Positions 1 through 9,835 of a stretch of 64,000 bases of DNA are shown piece by piece. The notes under the pieces were generated by a model that worked only from the letters and a program-made list of their open reading frames with translations, had not been told where the DNA came from and ran no database searches. Each line of letters opens with the position of its first letter. Within the stretch, counting starts at the first letter, position 1. A program made the position numbers and the translations under genes. The stretch is taken from NCBI GenBank assembly GCA_965219415.1, contig CBDCNP010000002.1, positions 992,001 to 1,056,000 on the forward strand, in the 5' to 3' direction. This DNA comes from Candidatus Marinacidobacterales bacterium. Lineage in GTDB: Bacteria; Acidobacteriota; Vicinamibacteria; Marinacidobacterales; DATDRI01.

Positions 1-208
1 GATCGGTAGCACCACCGATGTCGGTGGTGACAATACAGTTCGCCGCCGCGGTCGGCATCACGGAGCACAGAAAAGCAATCAGAACGAAACCAAGGACAAG
101 GCGACGACCGCCTGCGAATGGGCGGACAAAACGTCCCCGAGACGGGCTCCTGCGCCTTGTGACGGAGGTGCTTACCGTTTTCTTAGACAACCTTGGCCTC
201 GTTTGCAT
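1..208 (-). CDS. Secreted protein, N-terminus only (runs off window edge)
   Basis: Manual translation from ATG 208: MQTRPRLSKK...GRRLVLGFVLIAFLCSVMPTAAANCIVTTDIGGATD; basic-hydrophobic-AxA signal peptide. Confidence 0.6.
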   Translation of the reverse strand, partial: MQTRPRLSKKTVSTSVTRRRSPSRGRFVRPFAGGRRLVLGFVLIAFLCSVMPTAAANCIVTTDIGGATD

Positions 209-288
209 CCATCGAGGTCGGGCAGAGTAGTCACTTGGGTGCGCGCCGATCAGATGGTGTGGGTTCCCAGCGCTCGCTGGGAACTCGA

Positions 289-402
289 AGCAAAACCTGT
301 ACCCGAATGAAGGCTCGCCTGTGTTTGAGGTATTTCTATGATTGCAAGCAGTTACGGGGATGGCGGAGCGCCGAGGAACGACCGTTGTGGGAGATTGCCC
401 AC
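289..402 (-). promoter_or_regulatory. Putative sigma54 promoter with IHF-like site and enhancer palindrome
   Basis: Minus strand CGGGTACAGGTTTTGCT (GG-N10-GC) at 289-305; TTGCAAGCAGTTA at 342-354; GTGGG-N6-CCCAC at 387-402. Confidence 0.5.
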
Positions 403-500
403 GATTGTATCGAAGGATTCGGTTTCGCCCGCAACCCCTACCAAGGTGGAGGCATCCACAGAGAAGCCGATAAGGTGAAAGCGGGAGCGTTGGCTCGTGC

Positions 501-2458
501 TCAGGCCGGAAGCTCCGGAAGCTCATAGCTCGGATCGATCTTCATGACCTCGGCGAGGACTTTGTCCGCCCTCAATTGGAGACCTTCGGCTTGATAGAGA
601 GCGGCGAGCGTACCGAGGTCAAGGGGGTTCTTCCGTTCCAGCTCGGCAGCGGTCTTGAGCGATTCCGCGGCGTCCTTGCGCCACTTCTTGTTCTGAAGGA
701 GTGCAAGCCCGAGAAGATGGTGGAATCCGGCCTCCTTATCGCAGAGCTCGATGGCCCGACGGCTAAGCTGGATCGTCTGCCAGTGATCTTGAAGCTGGTA
801 AGCTGTTTCGGCTTGGCGAAAGAGTTCGCGAGCGTACTTTTCTTTGTCGAAAGCATCCTCTTCATCGACCACCGCTGTTTTGGAGGCGGGCGGTGACACG
901 GGGTGCGCGCTCGCAACGCGTATCGGCTGCGCCCCACGGCGGGCCTCGGCTCCTTCCTTCCGCTCGGAAAAGACCGCGAACGCCTCGGCGGCGAGCACCA
1001 GAAGGTGAGAAAGCTTGTCGCGAAGATCGGGATCGGTAACCGCCGAATGCCGGTCCGGATGATAACGCAGCACGCGCTCACGATAGGCTTTCTTGATTTG
1101 GGTGAGGTCGGCGTTCTCGTCGACTCCCAGGACCTTCGCCGGATGGTCCTTTGCCGCAGCGATGAGCGTCTCGACCTCTTGGCGCAGCGCTTGGTCCGCG
1201 GGGTCCTCCATTTTCACCGGTTCGTTCGCCCTACCACTCGCCTTCTCTTCGTCTCTTCGTCTCTTGCGGTCTAGGCGGGTGTGGGTTTCGCGCCGGCCTC
1301 ACGAAGACGGACCAGCCCCTTTTCCAGCATGCCGAGCAGAGCCCGCGCGGTGTCCTCTTCATCCAGTGGGCTCATTGCCAAGATGTCCCGCGGTGTCGAT
1401 GTGCCGTCGATACGGGACAAAACGAAACCTTCTTACGAGGAGAGCAATACGCCTTGAAGCACATCCGAGATGGTTGGCGACAGCTCGAGGGCTCGTTCCT
1501 CCTCTCCAATCATCTTCAGCTCCCCAGGGTCCAGGGGTTCGCGGATTTCCGCCGCGGCGGGAGGCAAGACGACCGTAGCGGACGCGCTCTCGCTCTCGGC
1601 AGCCACGGCGCCGAGGGCTTCGATGAGCTCGGCACCGGAGCCGAATCGCTCACCGACATTTTTTGCTAGCGCTTTTTGAAAGACGCCATCGAGTGCCGCT
1701 GGCGCGCCGAGTTGCTTCCAATCGACGCGCGGCAGCGGATCCGGGCCCATGACGAGCCTCATCGTGTCGTTCGGACTCTTAGCTTGGAACGGCCTGACCC
1801 CGGCCAGACAAAGAAAAAGGATGCAGCCGAAGGAAAAGAGATCCGAGCGGCCGTCCACCGCCTCCCCCCGGGCCTGCTCCGGCGACATGAAACTCGGGGT
1901 GCCGGAAACCCGGTGAGGAAGGGTGAACCGACTCGCGGTCGGGGCCTGCGCCAGGCTGAAGTCGACCAGCGCCGCCCCCGCCGGGCGCTTGACGATGATG
2001 TTGACAGGCTTCACATTGCGGTGGATGACGCCGTTGTCATGAATGTAGTCGAGGCCGTTGGCGACGTGGGAGAACACGTCGATGCACTCGGAGAGCCCGA
2101 GGCGTTTTTTGGCCTCCAGCACTGTATGCAAGGTGTCCCCTTCGATATGGGCCATGACTACGAAGGCGCTCGCTGGCTTGGTGACGACATCGAAGATCGG
2201 CACAATGGCCGGATGGCTGAGGTGCGATGTGACCTCGGCGTCTCGATGGAATCGCGTCTTCTGTATTTCCAAGGCCTTGGATCCCGCCGACGCGTCGAAG
2301 AAGACGCACTTGATGGCGACCTTTCGACCTAGAATGGCGTCTTCGGCCTCGTAGAGACTGCTCATGCCCTTGCCTCCGGTGAAGGCCAGGATCCGATGCC
2401 GGTCGGAAAGCGCGTCTTCGATGATCTCGAACGACGCACGGACAGAAGCAGCACTCAT
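501..2458 (-). pseudogene. Ser/Thr kinase - linker - DnaJ - TPR fusion, interrupted (ORFs 1433-2458 and 501-1217)
   Basis: Kinase motifs VAIK, HRNVKPVN, DFS, GTPSFMSPEQ, SDLFSFG; J-domain HPD; TPR-like helices; linker EGFVLSRIDG continues past TAA 1433-1435 to TAG 1271-1273; 8-bp duplication near 1244-1265 shifts the frame. Confidence 0.8.
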
Positions 2459-2490
2459 GGTCTTTCTCAGTGTCGGTATGAGTGCACATC

Positions 2491-2610
2491 ACGCAAGAAT
2501 CGTGCCTCAACTGAGGCGCCCCCCCGAAGCATTGATGTTCTTTCGATTCTCGCACTTACGGGCTTCACCGACCTACAAACGGATCGGTCACTCAATGGGA
2601 AATCCCCACA
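2491..2610 (-). promoter_or_regulatory. Putative sigma54 promoter of the kinase-DnaJ gene with IHF-like site and enhancer palindrome
   Basis: Minus strand AGGCACGATTCTTGCGT at 2491-2507, close to consensus TGGCACG-N4-TTGCW; GATTCTCGCACTTACGGG at 2545-2562; TGGGAAATCCCCACA at 2596-2610. Confidence 0.65.
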
Positions 2611-2672
2611 CTGCGGAAATCCGACCCATCCTTATTGCAGGCGTGAGTCGAGGTGGGGGCGAGGTGTTTCGA

Positions 2673-2882
2673 TCAATGAGTCGGGCTGGGCGGCAAATTA
2701 GTCCTAGGCACGATCTCGTTTGCGCGCACTTCTCCGCGCACCGTCAACAGGTCGCGGACCATCTCGGCGAACTGGATCAAGCCTTGGTCGGTCATTCTGG
2801 TCAGATCGACCCCGGAATAATACCGCCCGGTAGCGTTATAGATGCACTGATTGATCTGCTGGATAAAGGATTCGCGGTTCAT
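2673..2882 (-). CDS. Small hypothetical protein (69 aa)
   Basis: GGGGGAATC RBS before ATG; MNRESFIQQINQCIYNATGRYYSGVDLTRM...; helical, protein-like composition. Confidence 0.45.
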   Translation of the reverse strand: MNRESFIQQINQCIYNATGRYYSGVDLTRMTDQGLIQFAEMVRDLLTVRGEVRANEIVPRTNLPPSPTH

Positions 2883-3584
2883 GATTCCCCCGAAGGGACC
2901 ATCCTGGTCCCACGAACAGCCAGCGATGAGACTGGCAAAAGTACATTGGCATATTGGACAGAGCGACATGGGGGTCGGTACCCTGTCGCTGGTACTTGGG
3001 GGGGAAGGTAGAAATACCTTTTTCCCCGAAAAATGTCAAGCTGGCCTCCCGCCTGGAACATCCGTCACCGAAGCGGGGTTGAGTTCTTTTTACAACACCG
3101 TGCCGCGTCCGACCCAATGTTGGCGCAAAACGTCATAACGAAGAAATCCACCCACGAGAAGTACAAAACATTTGTCAGGGTCCCTGATCACGTGGTAATC
3201 TATTTCCACACGCCGGAAAATAAAAAGGGGGGAAGCCATGCGCCTCGTCACGCGCGGCAATTTCGACGGTCTAACCTGTGCCGTGATCACCACCGAGTCG
3301 GAGTCGATAGACTCGATTGAGCTCATCCATCCTCAGGACATCACGGACAACCGCTTCGCGGTGCAGGAAGGTGACATTGTGGCCAACCTGCCGTATCACG
3401 CTAAGTGCGCCAAATGGTTCGATCACCACGCAACCACCCGCACCTATAGCGAGCCGCCAACGAAGTTCGAGGGGAAATACGGGCTGGAAGCAAGCGCAGC
3501 TCGACTCGTCTACGAGTATTACCGCGAGAAGAATCCCGACCTGGAACGGTTTGACCCGCTAGTAAAAGAGACGGACCGCTTCGA

Positions 3585-5044
3585 GGGGATGTCCCGGCCG
3601 CTGTTGAATTTGGTCGGGTAGCGGCGGCACCTGTGAATACTCTTAGGCAGCAAACTCATCGCTGTCAAGAGATTTCTGTTTGCTTCTAAGCGCGTGAACG
3701 AGAGCGCCCATATGGCGATAGCCTTTGATACGCCGGAACTTTTTCTGCGCGGTGACGACGCCAAGAGCGGTCCATCGGCGAACCATGGAAGGACTCTTCC
3801 AACGCTTGAGGTTTCTCGATACTCTGCGAATGGTTCCGTTGAGATTCTCAATGGCGTTCGTCGTGGCAAGAGACTGGCGAAGTAAGGCGGGCAGCGCGAG
3901 CTTCACGACCGTGAGTGTCTCTTCCATCCCTTCACGAAGGCTTCCGGCAGCTTCGTCGTAGCCGTTTCGCTCGAGCCACGACACCAATGCCTGAAGTCGC
4001 TTGCGCGCCTTGTCGGCACTCTTGCACTTGTAGGCTTCCTTCATCGTCTGGAGCACGTAGGCGTGACGAGACTTGGGAAGGTACGAGCGAAGATTCCGGA
4101 GTTTATGGATCTGGCACCTTTGGATGACCGCGAGGTCCCCCAAAACGTCGACGAGTGCCTTGCGGATGCCTTTGCCTCCGTCCACTACGCAGAGAATCGA
4201 CTCATCGACGCGCAAGCCCCGCTCGAGAAGGTCCTGCAACATCGCGGTGCACACCCGAGAGTTCTCCGTCGAGCCCAGCCATATACCCAGGGGCACCTTC
4301 GTTCCATCTATTGTGATACCTAGAGTTACGACGACGGTCTGTCCGGCCACCTCAAGGCCATCCAGCATCAGTGCCGCAAGCTCGAACTCCTCTAGCCGCC
4401 GAGACAGGTATTCCTCGAGCTTCTTAGTCGTCTGGCTCACGAGGTGACGGCTGGCGGCACTCTTACTCGTGCCACGAGACTTCAACTTGGCCGCGGGTTT
4501 GTCCAGACTCGATTCGTAATTTCGGGTCGATACCCCCACCAAGATCTGATTCAACGCTCGCTCTGGAAGCGGGTCTTCTTCGCGGAAGGCTTCGAAGTGT
4601 GGAAGCGACGCCTCCTCGCCCGACTTCGAGCGAACTCGAGGTCGCGACACTTGGATGCGACGACCACCGAAGCTCAGCTCTCCGTTCGTGCTCACCCAGT
4701 GGTTATGAGTTCGCTCCTTCTCGTGCTTGCCCTTGAGCCCCGCGATCTCCTCGGCGTCCTCTCTGAGCAGTAGGTGCAGAGCTGTCAGTCCTTGCTCGTA
4801 CACCCATTCCGTCAGTTCCGCCTTCGTGGCCGCGATCCCAGCTATCATCGGTAGCAGTATCTGACCGACTTGGCCAACTACCTTGCCCGTAGGCGAGTGC
4901 GTTTGCTTTCTTACTGGCTTCTTTGATTTCCTAGGCATTGGTGGCTCCTTGTCCCCCTCTGGAGACGGTTGTTTGGCAGACCTATTCTTAGGCCGGCCAA
5001 GGAGCCGCCGCTACCCCAAATTCAACATCCGGCGGGACATCCCC
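3585..5044 (-). mobile_element. IS256-family insertion sequence (1460 bp)
   Basis: ~41-44-bp imperfect terminal IRs (GGGGATGTCCCG...TGTTGAATTTGG...GGTAGCGGCGGC); 8-bp TSD CGCTTCGA at 3577-3584 and 5045-5052. Confidence 0.95.
3643..4938 (-). CDS. IS256-family (mutator-like) DDE transposase
   Basis: GVSTR, LMLDG, VVDGGKG, QRCQIHKLRN, TTNAIENLN motifs; 431 aa. Confidence 0.95.
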   Translation of the reverse strand: MPRKSKKPVRKQTHSPTGKVVGQVGQILLPMIAGIAATKAELTEWVYEQGLTALHLLLREDAEEIAGLKGKHEKERTHNHWVSTNGELSFGGRRIQVSRPRVRSKSGEEASLPHFEAFREEDPLPERALNQILVGVSTRNYESSLDKPAAKLKSRGTSKSAASRHLVSQTTKKLEEYLSRRLEEFELAALMLDGLEVAGQTVVVTLGITIDGTKVPLGIWLGSTENSRVCTAMLQDLLERGLRVDESILCVVDGGKGIRKALVDVLGDLAVIQRCQIHKLRNLRSYLPKSRHAYVLQTMKEAYKCKSADKARKRLQALVSWLERNGYDEAAGSLREGMEETLTVVKLALPALLRQSLATTNAIENLNGTIRRVSRNLKRWKSPSMVRRWTALGVVTAQKKFRRIKGYRHMGALVHALRSKQKSLDSDEFAA

Positions 5045-5616
5045 CGCTTCGACGGCGCGAACTTGAGCGTTGAGGACGTGACCGCTCCTCAGGGCTACAT
5101 CTTGCTCGCTTACACATTGGATCCGCGAAGTGGTCTGGGAGATTTCAAACAATACTTCTTGAACCTAGTGGACCAGTTGAAACGGCTCTCGATCGATGAG
5201 CTGCTAGAACAGCAAGAGGTTAAGGAGCGCATCGAGCGAATTTCAAACGACCGAGAGGCCTTTCTCGATGTGATGGCTCGCGCTTCTCGGCAAATCGGAA
5301 ACGTCATCGTGACCGATCTGCGAAAGACGGACAAAATCCCTGCTGGAAACCGGTTCCTGATATACACGCTCTTCCCGGAAGCCAATGTGTCTCTTCGAAT
5401 CGCGTGGGGTCCCGGGCGCAAGTTTGTGGTGGCGACGGTCGGCCACAGCATCTTCAATCGGACCTGCCCGGTACCCGTCGGCGAGCTAATGGCGAAGTAT
5501 GGAGGCGGAGGACACAACGGGGCAGGAGCGACACCTCTGAGCGTTGACGAGGCCGAAAAGCTGATCGAGGAGATGATCGAGGGGCTGCAAGGCGTGGCAT
5601 CGACGACAGGCTAAGC

Positions 5617-5895
5617 GTGGCTCCTTGCTGTTGCTCCTCTTCGAAACCGGCAAAGGGCGACGAGGGGCTGAAATCGCACGCCGCAACGGCGAATGTCTCG
5701 ATCGTGTTAATGCTAGAAGACGATACGGTAACGCTGGTCGAAGAAACCCGCGTAGGCAGCGACGGGGTTGTCGTTGAAGGAACCATCAACGATGACGACA
5801 GCTCTGATGACCAAAGCGATGACGACAGCGAGAGCGAGGACAGCCAGAGCGGGGACTCTGACGACGACAACTCGGACGACACAAGCAGCGGTTAA
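5617..5895 (+). pseudogene. Probable C-terminal gene remnant with Asp/Ser-rich tail
   Basis: ...VVVEGTINDDDSSDDQSDDDSESEDSQSGDSDDDNSDD; no convincing start or RBS. Confidence 0.35.
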
Positions 5896-5993
5896 GCTCG
5901 CCCGCACAGAGCGGGGACATTGCGCAGTTTCGGACGAATTGCGCAACACGATGGAAGTATGCCTTGCCAATCTCCAACTGCCGGTGCGGCCGC

Positions 5994-6208
5994 CTAGTAA
6001 GCTGTACCAACTCCGTTGGTACAGCCTCTCTTGCCTCTCCCCCGACCGCGGGGGAGAGGTCGTCCGCCGAAGGCGGGCGGGTGCGGGGGCTTTTCGAAAG
6101 ATGGCTTGCCTCCGTTACTCCCTCTCCCTCAGGGAGAGGGCCGAGGTGAGGGTGGTTGTGGACAGATGCGATGAAGTCCAGTATCGATTTCATTGTTACA
6201 GTCACTAG
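5994..6208. repeat. MITE-like composite of REP palindromes bounded by CTAG
   Basis: Hairpin GCTGTACCAA/TTGGTACAGC 6001-6025; CCTCTCCCCC..GGGGGAGAGG..GGGTGCGGGG 6034-6089; CCCTCTCCCTCAGGGAGAGGG..GGTGAGGG 6120-6152; ends CTAGTAAGCTGTACCA and TGTTACAGTCACTAG. Confidence 0.7.
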
Positions 6209-6740
6209 GAAGAGCGGCAGCTCTCCGCAGGACTCAAGTGCACCTCGCCATCTGCAAGGTCCAGGACCTGCTCGGAGGGCGTGTTTCGAGCCCTCGGCTC
6301 GCTTGAAGTTCACTTGGATCTATACGACGCGGCCATCCTGCTTGTCCGAGGCCCGCTTGATTCAACGTTCATGCCCCGTCCACTCACCACTCGACTCATG
6401 GTAGGAGGTTGGACTTGCTCCGCCTTAGCTAACTCTCCCAATGTGGCAGACCCGCGAACACGACCGCGGATAACGCCGAAAGGCGTGCCGGCCCAATACT
6501 CGCAACCGCGTCCTCCCAGCGAAGGCGCCTGAGAAGATGAACAGCGGCGGCGTCAAGCCGGTCGGCGACTTCCGAGAGTGACGTCTTGGTGGAACGAGTT
6601 TTTCTCGAGGGGATCTCTTGACATAGCTGGTTTGGCTAAATAGGGTTATTGGCTGTGCTAACAAACTTATCAAGGGAGGTAGGATAGTGGGGGCTCGGGA
6701 AAATGTATTTCAAGCGATTCGCGAGGGTAACGCAGTCAAA

Positions 6741-8294
6741 ATGATCGCTAGATTTGGACTGCTCTTTATTATGTTGTCGATCGCTGTTCTAGAAAGCTTT
6801 GCCCAAGAGAGTGTCGATGTCGAAGTGGTTGCCCGCATCAAAGAGGAGGCTTACCAGCACTCTCAGGTTTACGACACCCTGAGTTACTTGACCGACGTTT
6901 ACGGCCCTAGACTCGGTGGCAGCCGGGCCTATCAAGAAGCGGCGGAGTGGGCCAAGCAACGCCTGATCGGCTGGGGGGTCGACAACGCGAGGATCGAGAC
7001 CTTCGGCGAGGACATGCGAGGCTGGGATGTCGAATCCTACTCTGTCGAGATGATCTCGCCCCGCTACATGAACATCACAGCCATGCCCTTCGGCTGGTCG
7101 GACAGCACCGACGGCGAAGTTGTCGGTGAGCCGCTGCTGGTTGATGTCGAGTCTCGAGAAGCACTTCAGGCCTTGTCAGACCAGTTGCGCGGAAAGATCT
7201 TGATGTCGCCAGAGATCCGTTCCGAGTCCGACTATCCCGAAGGTCAGCATACGGACGAAAAGCTGGCCAATGCGAGAAGCCATATCAATCCCAACAACAT
7301 TGATGGATTGGACAATTCGGGGCTCAGCCCCTACGTGGAACACCTAAGGAGGCGTCTGCGCCAAGGACAATCGCAAGGCGACCGGCTTCAAGAATTCCTT
7401 TTGAATGAAGGCGTCGCGGCCGTCATCGTCGGGAGCAGCAGAGAACCCGGCACGCTGAACACCCCTCACTTCCGCTCCTTCAACAAAGTCGGCCGCATCA
7501 AGCCGGTGCCCCATTTCGTGATTAGCCGGGAACAGCAGGGGCGAATGATTCGCATGATGGAGAGGGGCGCCAAGGTGGAATTGAAGCTCCACCTGAAAAC
7601 CTCCTACAACACCGACGCCGCGAACTACACCAACATCATCGCTGAAATACCTGGGACCGACAGCGCGCTAAGAGAACAACTGGTGCTGGTCGGCGGGCAT
7701 TTCGATTCGAATCATGGGAGCACAGGGGCCGCTGACAATGGTGCGGGTTCCGCGGTTACGATGGAAGTCCTGCGGATCATGAAGACACTCGGGGTCAAGC
7801 CCAGGCGCACGATACGCCTGGTGCTCTGGGGCGGCGAGGAGCAGGGCCACTTGGGCTCGCTAGCCTACCTCGACAAGTATGTGGGCAACATCTTCACCGG
7901 AGAAGACAGAGGCGAGCTTGCTCGCATCTCGGTCTATTTTAATCACGACAACAACGGCCACAAGATCCGCGGCATCCTCACCCAGGGCAACGAGCCCATT
8001 CGGCCGATCTTCGAGCGCTATCTCGAGCCCTTCCACTATGTCGGAGCGAAATGGGTAGTCGTGGAAAACGCCGGCGGTACCGACCACCTGGGATTCGATG
8101 CACTGAACATACCCGCTTTCGAATGGATCCAAGATCCCGAACACTACTTCAAGACCCAGATCCACACCAATATGGATGTGCTCGACTTTATTGCGGAGGA
8201 CACGCTAAAGCACAATGCAGCGATCATCACCACCTTCGTCTATCACGCCGCCATGCGCGACGAAATGATGCCTCGAAAGAAAGCCCTCGAATAG
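6741..8294 (+). CDS. Secreted M28-family metallopeptidase (carboxypeptidase Q-like), paralog 1
   Basis: Signal peptide; GPRL, GGHFDS, AADNGAG, WGGEEQG, TDH, HTNMD. Confidence 0.9.
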   Translation: MIARFGLLFIMLSIAVLESFAQESVDVEVVARIKEEAYQHSQVYDTLSYLTDVYGPRLGGSRAYQEAAEWAKQRLIGWGVDNARIETFGEDMRGWDVESYSVEMISPRYMNITAMPFGWSDSTDGEVVGEPLLVDVESREALQALSDQLRGKILMSPEIRSESDYPEGQHTDEKLANARSHINPNNIDGLDNSGLSPYVEHLRRRLRQGQSQGDRLQEFLLNEGVAAVIVGSSREPGTLNTPHFRSFNKVGRIKPVPHFVISREQQGRMIRMMERGAKVELKLHLKTSYNTDAANYTNIIAEIPGTDSALREQLVLVGGHFDSNHGSTGAADNGAGSAVTMEVLRIMKTLGVKPRRTIRLVLWGGEEQGHLGSLAYLDKYVGNIFTGEDRGELARISVYFNHDNNGHKIRGILTQGNEPIRPIFERYLEPFHYVGAKWVVVENAGGTDHLGFDALNIPAFEWIQDPEHYFKTQIHTNMDVLDFIAEDTLKHNAAIITTFVYHAAMRDEMMPRKKALE

Positions 8295-9835
8295 TGACGG
8301 TCAGATCGGGGGTGTTCCTCGTTTCGTGCCTCCTTGCTCTCGAGGGCTTTTCCCAGGAGCGTTCCGACCCCAGGGTGACCGAGCGAATCAAGGAGGAAGC
8401 GTATCAGCACTCCCAAGTGATGGACACGCTGAGTTACTTGACGGATGTGTATGGCCCGCGCCTATCAGGCAGTCCCGGCTTTTACGAGGCGGCTCAGTGG
8501 GCGAAGAAGCGCCTGGAAAGCTGGGGTCTCGAAAACGTGCGCTTCGATTCGTACCGCGACGATCTCCGCGGCTGGGAAGTAGAGTCGTACTCCGTCGAGA
8601 TGATAGCGCCCCGCTATATGAACATCACCGCGCTCCCCGACGCCTGGACCAGCGGCACCGACGGTGAAGTTGTCGGCTCCCCGGTCGTCGTCGATCACAG
8701 TTCGTTGGCCGCCTTGCATGAACTGAGTGGCCAGCTGCGGGGGAAGATACTTCTGTCGCCGGAATTTCGATCGGAGTCCGGCAATCGCGAAGGACTCTTC
8801 ACCGACGAAGAATTGGCCCTTTCGGAGAGCCGCATCAACCCGACGAATGCGCGCGGCCTGAGTGCCGACAACGTGCCGCCGTCGATGGAAATGATACGCG
8901 GCAGAATCAATCGGGATGAGTCCGAGACCGATCCGATCAACCAGTTCCTACTGGATGAAGGTGTGGCCGCGGTCATCCGGGGAAGCAGGAAGGCGCCCGG
9001 GGTACTGGATGCCCGGCAGCAGCGTTTCAGCATAAAGGGGCAGATGAAGCCGGTGCCCCATTTTGTGATCAGCAAGGAGCAGCACGGCAGAATGATCCGC
9101 ATGCTCGAGAGAAATACGGACATCACTCTGAAGCTTCATTTGAGTGTCAAGTTCAACGAAAACCCCGAATACCACACCAATCTCTTGGCTGATATTCCGG
9201 GCACCGACCCCAACTTGAAGGAGCAGTTGGTTCTCGTCGGTGGCCATTTAGATTCGTATCACAGTGGGACGGGTGCCGCGGATAATGGCGCGGGTTCGGC
9301 CACCAATATGGAAGCCGTTCGCGTCCTGAAGACCCTCGACATTCAACCCCGACGAACCATACGTCTCGTGCTTTGGGGTGGCGAAGAGCAGGGGTTTCGG
9401 GGTTCGCTCGGGTATATCGAGAAATACGTCGGCGACATTCTTACCGGCGAAGACAAGGGAGAATTGTCGCTGATCTCGATTTATTTCAATCACGACAACA
9501 ACGGCCACCGGATCCGGGGGATCTTCACCCAAGGCAATGAGTCCATTCGCCCAACCATGGAAAGCTATTTTGAGCCGTTTCACGCTGTGGGCGCCGAAAC
9601 AGTGTCCATCGAGCTCAGCTGCTGCACCGACAACGTGGGCTTCGACGCCCTCAACATCCCCGCATACTCATGGATTCAGGATCTGGAGCACTATTTCACG
9701 ACGCAAATCCATACCAATATGGATGTCGTGGACTACGTGTCCGAAGACACGCTCAAGCACAATGCCGCGATCATCGCCGCCTTCGTTTACCAATCGGCCA
9801 TGCGGGATGAAATGTTGCCGAGAAGGAAACCTTGA
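8294..9835 (+). CDS. Secreted M28-family metallopeptidase, paralog 2
   Basis: GTG overlaps the upstream TAG; same motifs GGHLDS, AADNGAG, GGEEQG, HTNMD; aligns with paralog 1 along its length. Confidence 0.9.
   Translation: MTVRSGVFLVSCLLALEGFSQERSDPRVTERIKEEAYQHSQVMDTLSYLTDVYGPRLSGSPGFYEAAQWAKKRLESWGLENVRFDSYRDDLRGWEVESYSVEMIAPRYMNITALPDAWTSGTDGEVVGSPVVVDHSSLAALHELSGQLRGKILLSPEFRSESGNREGLFTDEELALSESRINPTNARGLSADNVPPSMEMIRGRINRDESETDPINQFLLDEGVAAVIRGSRKAPGVLDARQQRFSIKGQMKPVPHFVISKEQHGRMIRMLERNTDITLKLHLSVKFNENPEYHTNLLADIPGTDPNLKEQLVLVGGHLDSYHSGTGAADNGAGSATNMEAVRVLKTLDIQPRRTIRLVLWGGEEQGFRGSLGYIEKYVGDILTGEDKGELSLISIYFNHDNNGHRIRGIFTQGNESIRPTMESYFEPFHAVGAETVSIELSCCTDNVGFDALNIPAYSWIQDLEHYFTTQIHTNMDVVDYVSEDTLKHNAAIIAAFVYQSAMRDEMLPRRKP

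Larger units (their letters stand above)
3238..5614 (+). pseudogene. DHH/DHHA1-family phosphoesterase (exopolyphosphatase/nanoRNase-like) split by IS256
   Basis: N-half has RGNFDGL and FDHH; C-half has GGGGHNGAG; removing the IS and one TSD copy restores ...ETDRFDGANLS..., 302 aa. Confidence 0.9.

Noticed and set aside
263-284. Perfect hairpin GTTCCCAGCG/CGCTGGGAAC as riboswitch or terminator
   Set aside because: No U-tract and no recognisable aptamer; it overlaps the predicted start site and its role is unresolved
340-440. TGGCGGAG resembling the reverse complement of a tRNA 3' end or att site
   Set aside because: No T-arm (GGTTCGAA) or cloverleaf follows; the region is better explained as an IHF/enhancer region
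1433-1435. Stop-codon recoding (Sec/Pyl or alternative code) in the kinase-J gene
   Set aside because: The stops are TAA and TAG plus a frameshift, and other genes in the window end normally at all three stop codons
4883-5614. 243-aa ORF as an independent gene
   Set aside because: Its first ~54 codons are IS sequence; the rest is the C-half of the DHH gene
8051-8293. Extended N-termini in the ORF track (8051, 17942, 18171, 26849, 62284)
   Set aside because: They overlap neighbouring genes or lack an RBS; downstream starts give proper signal peptides or family N-termini
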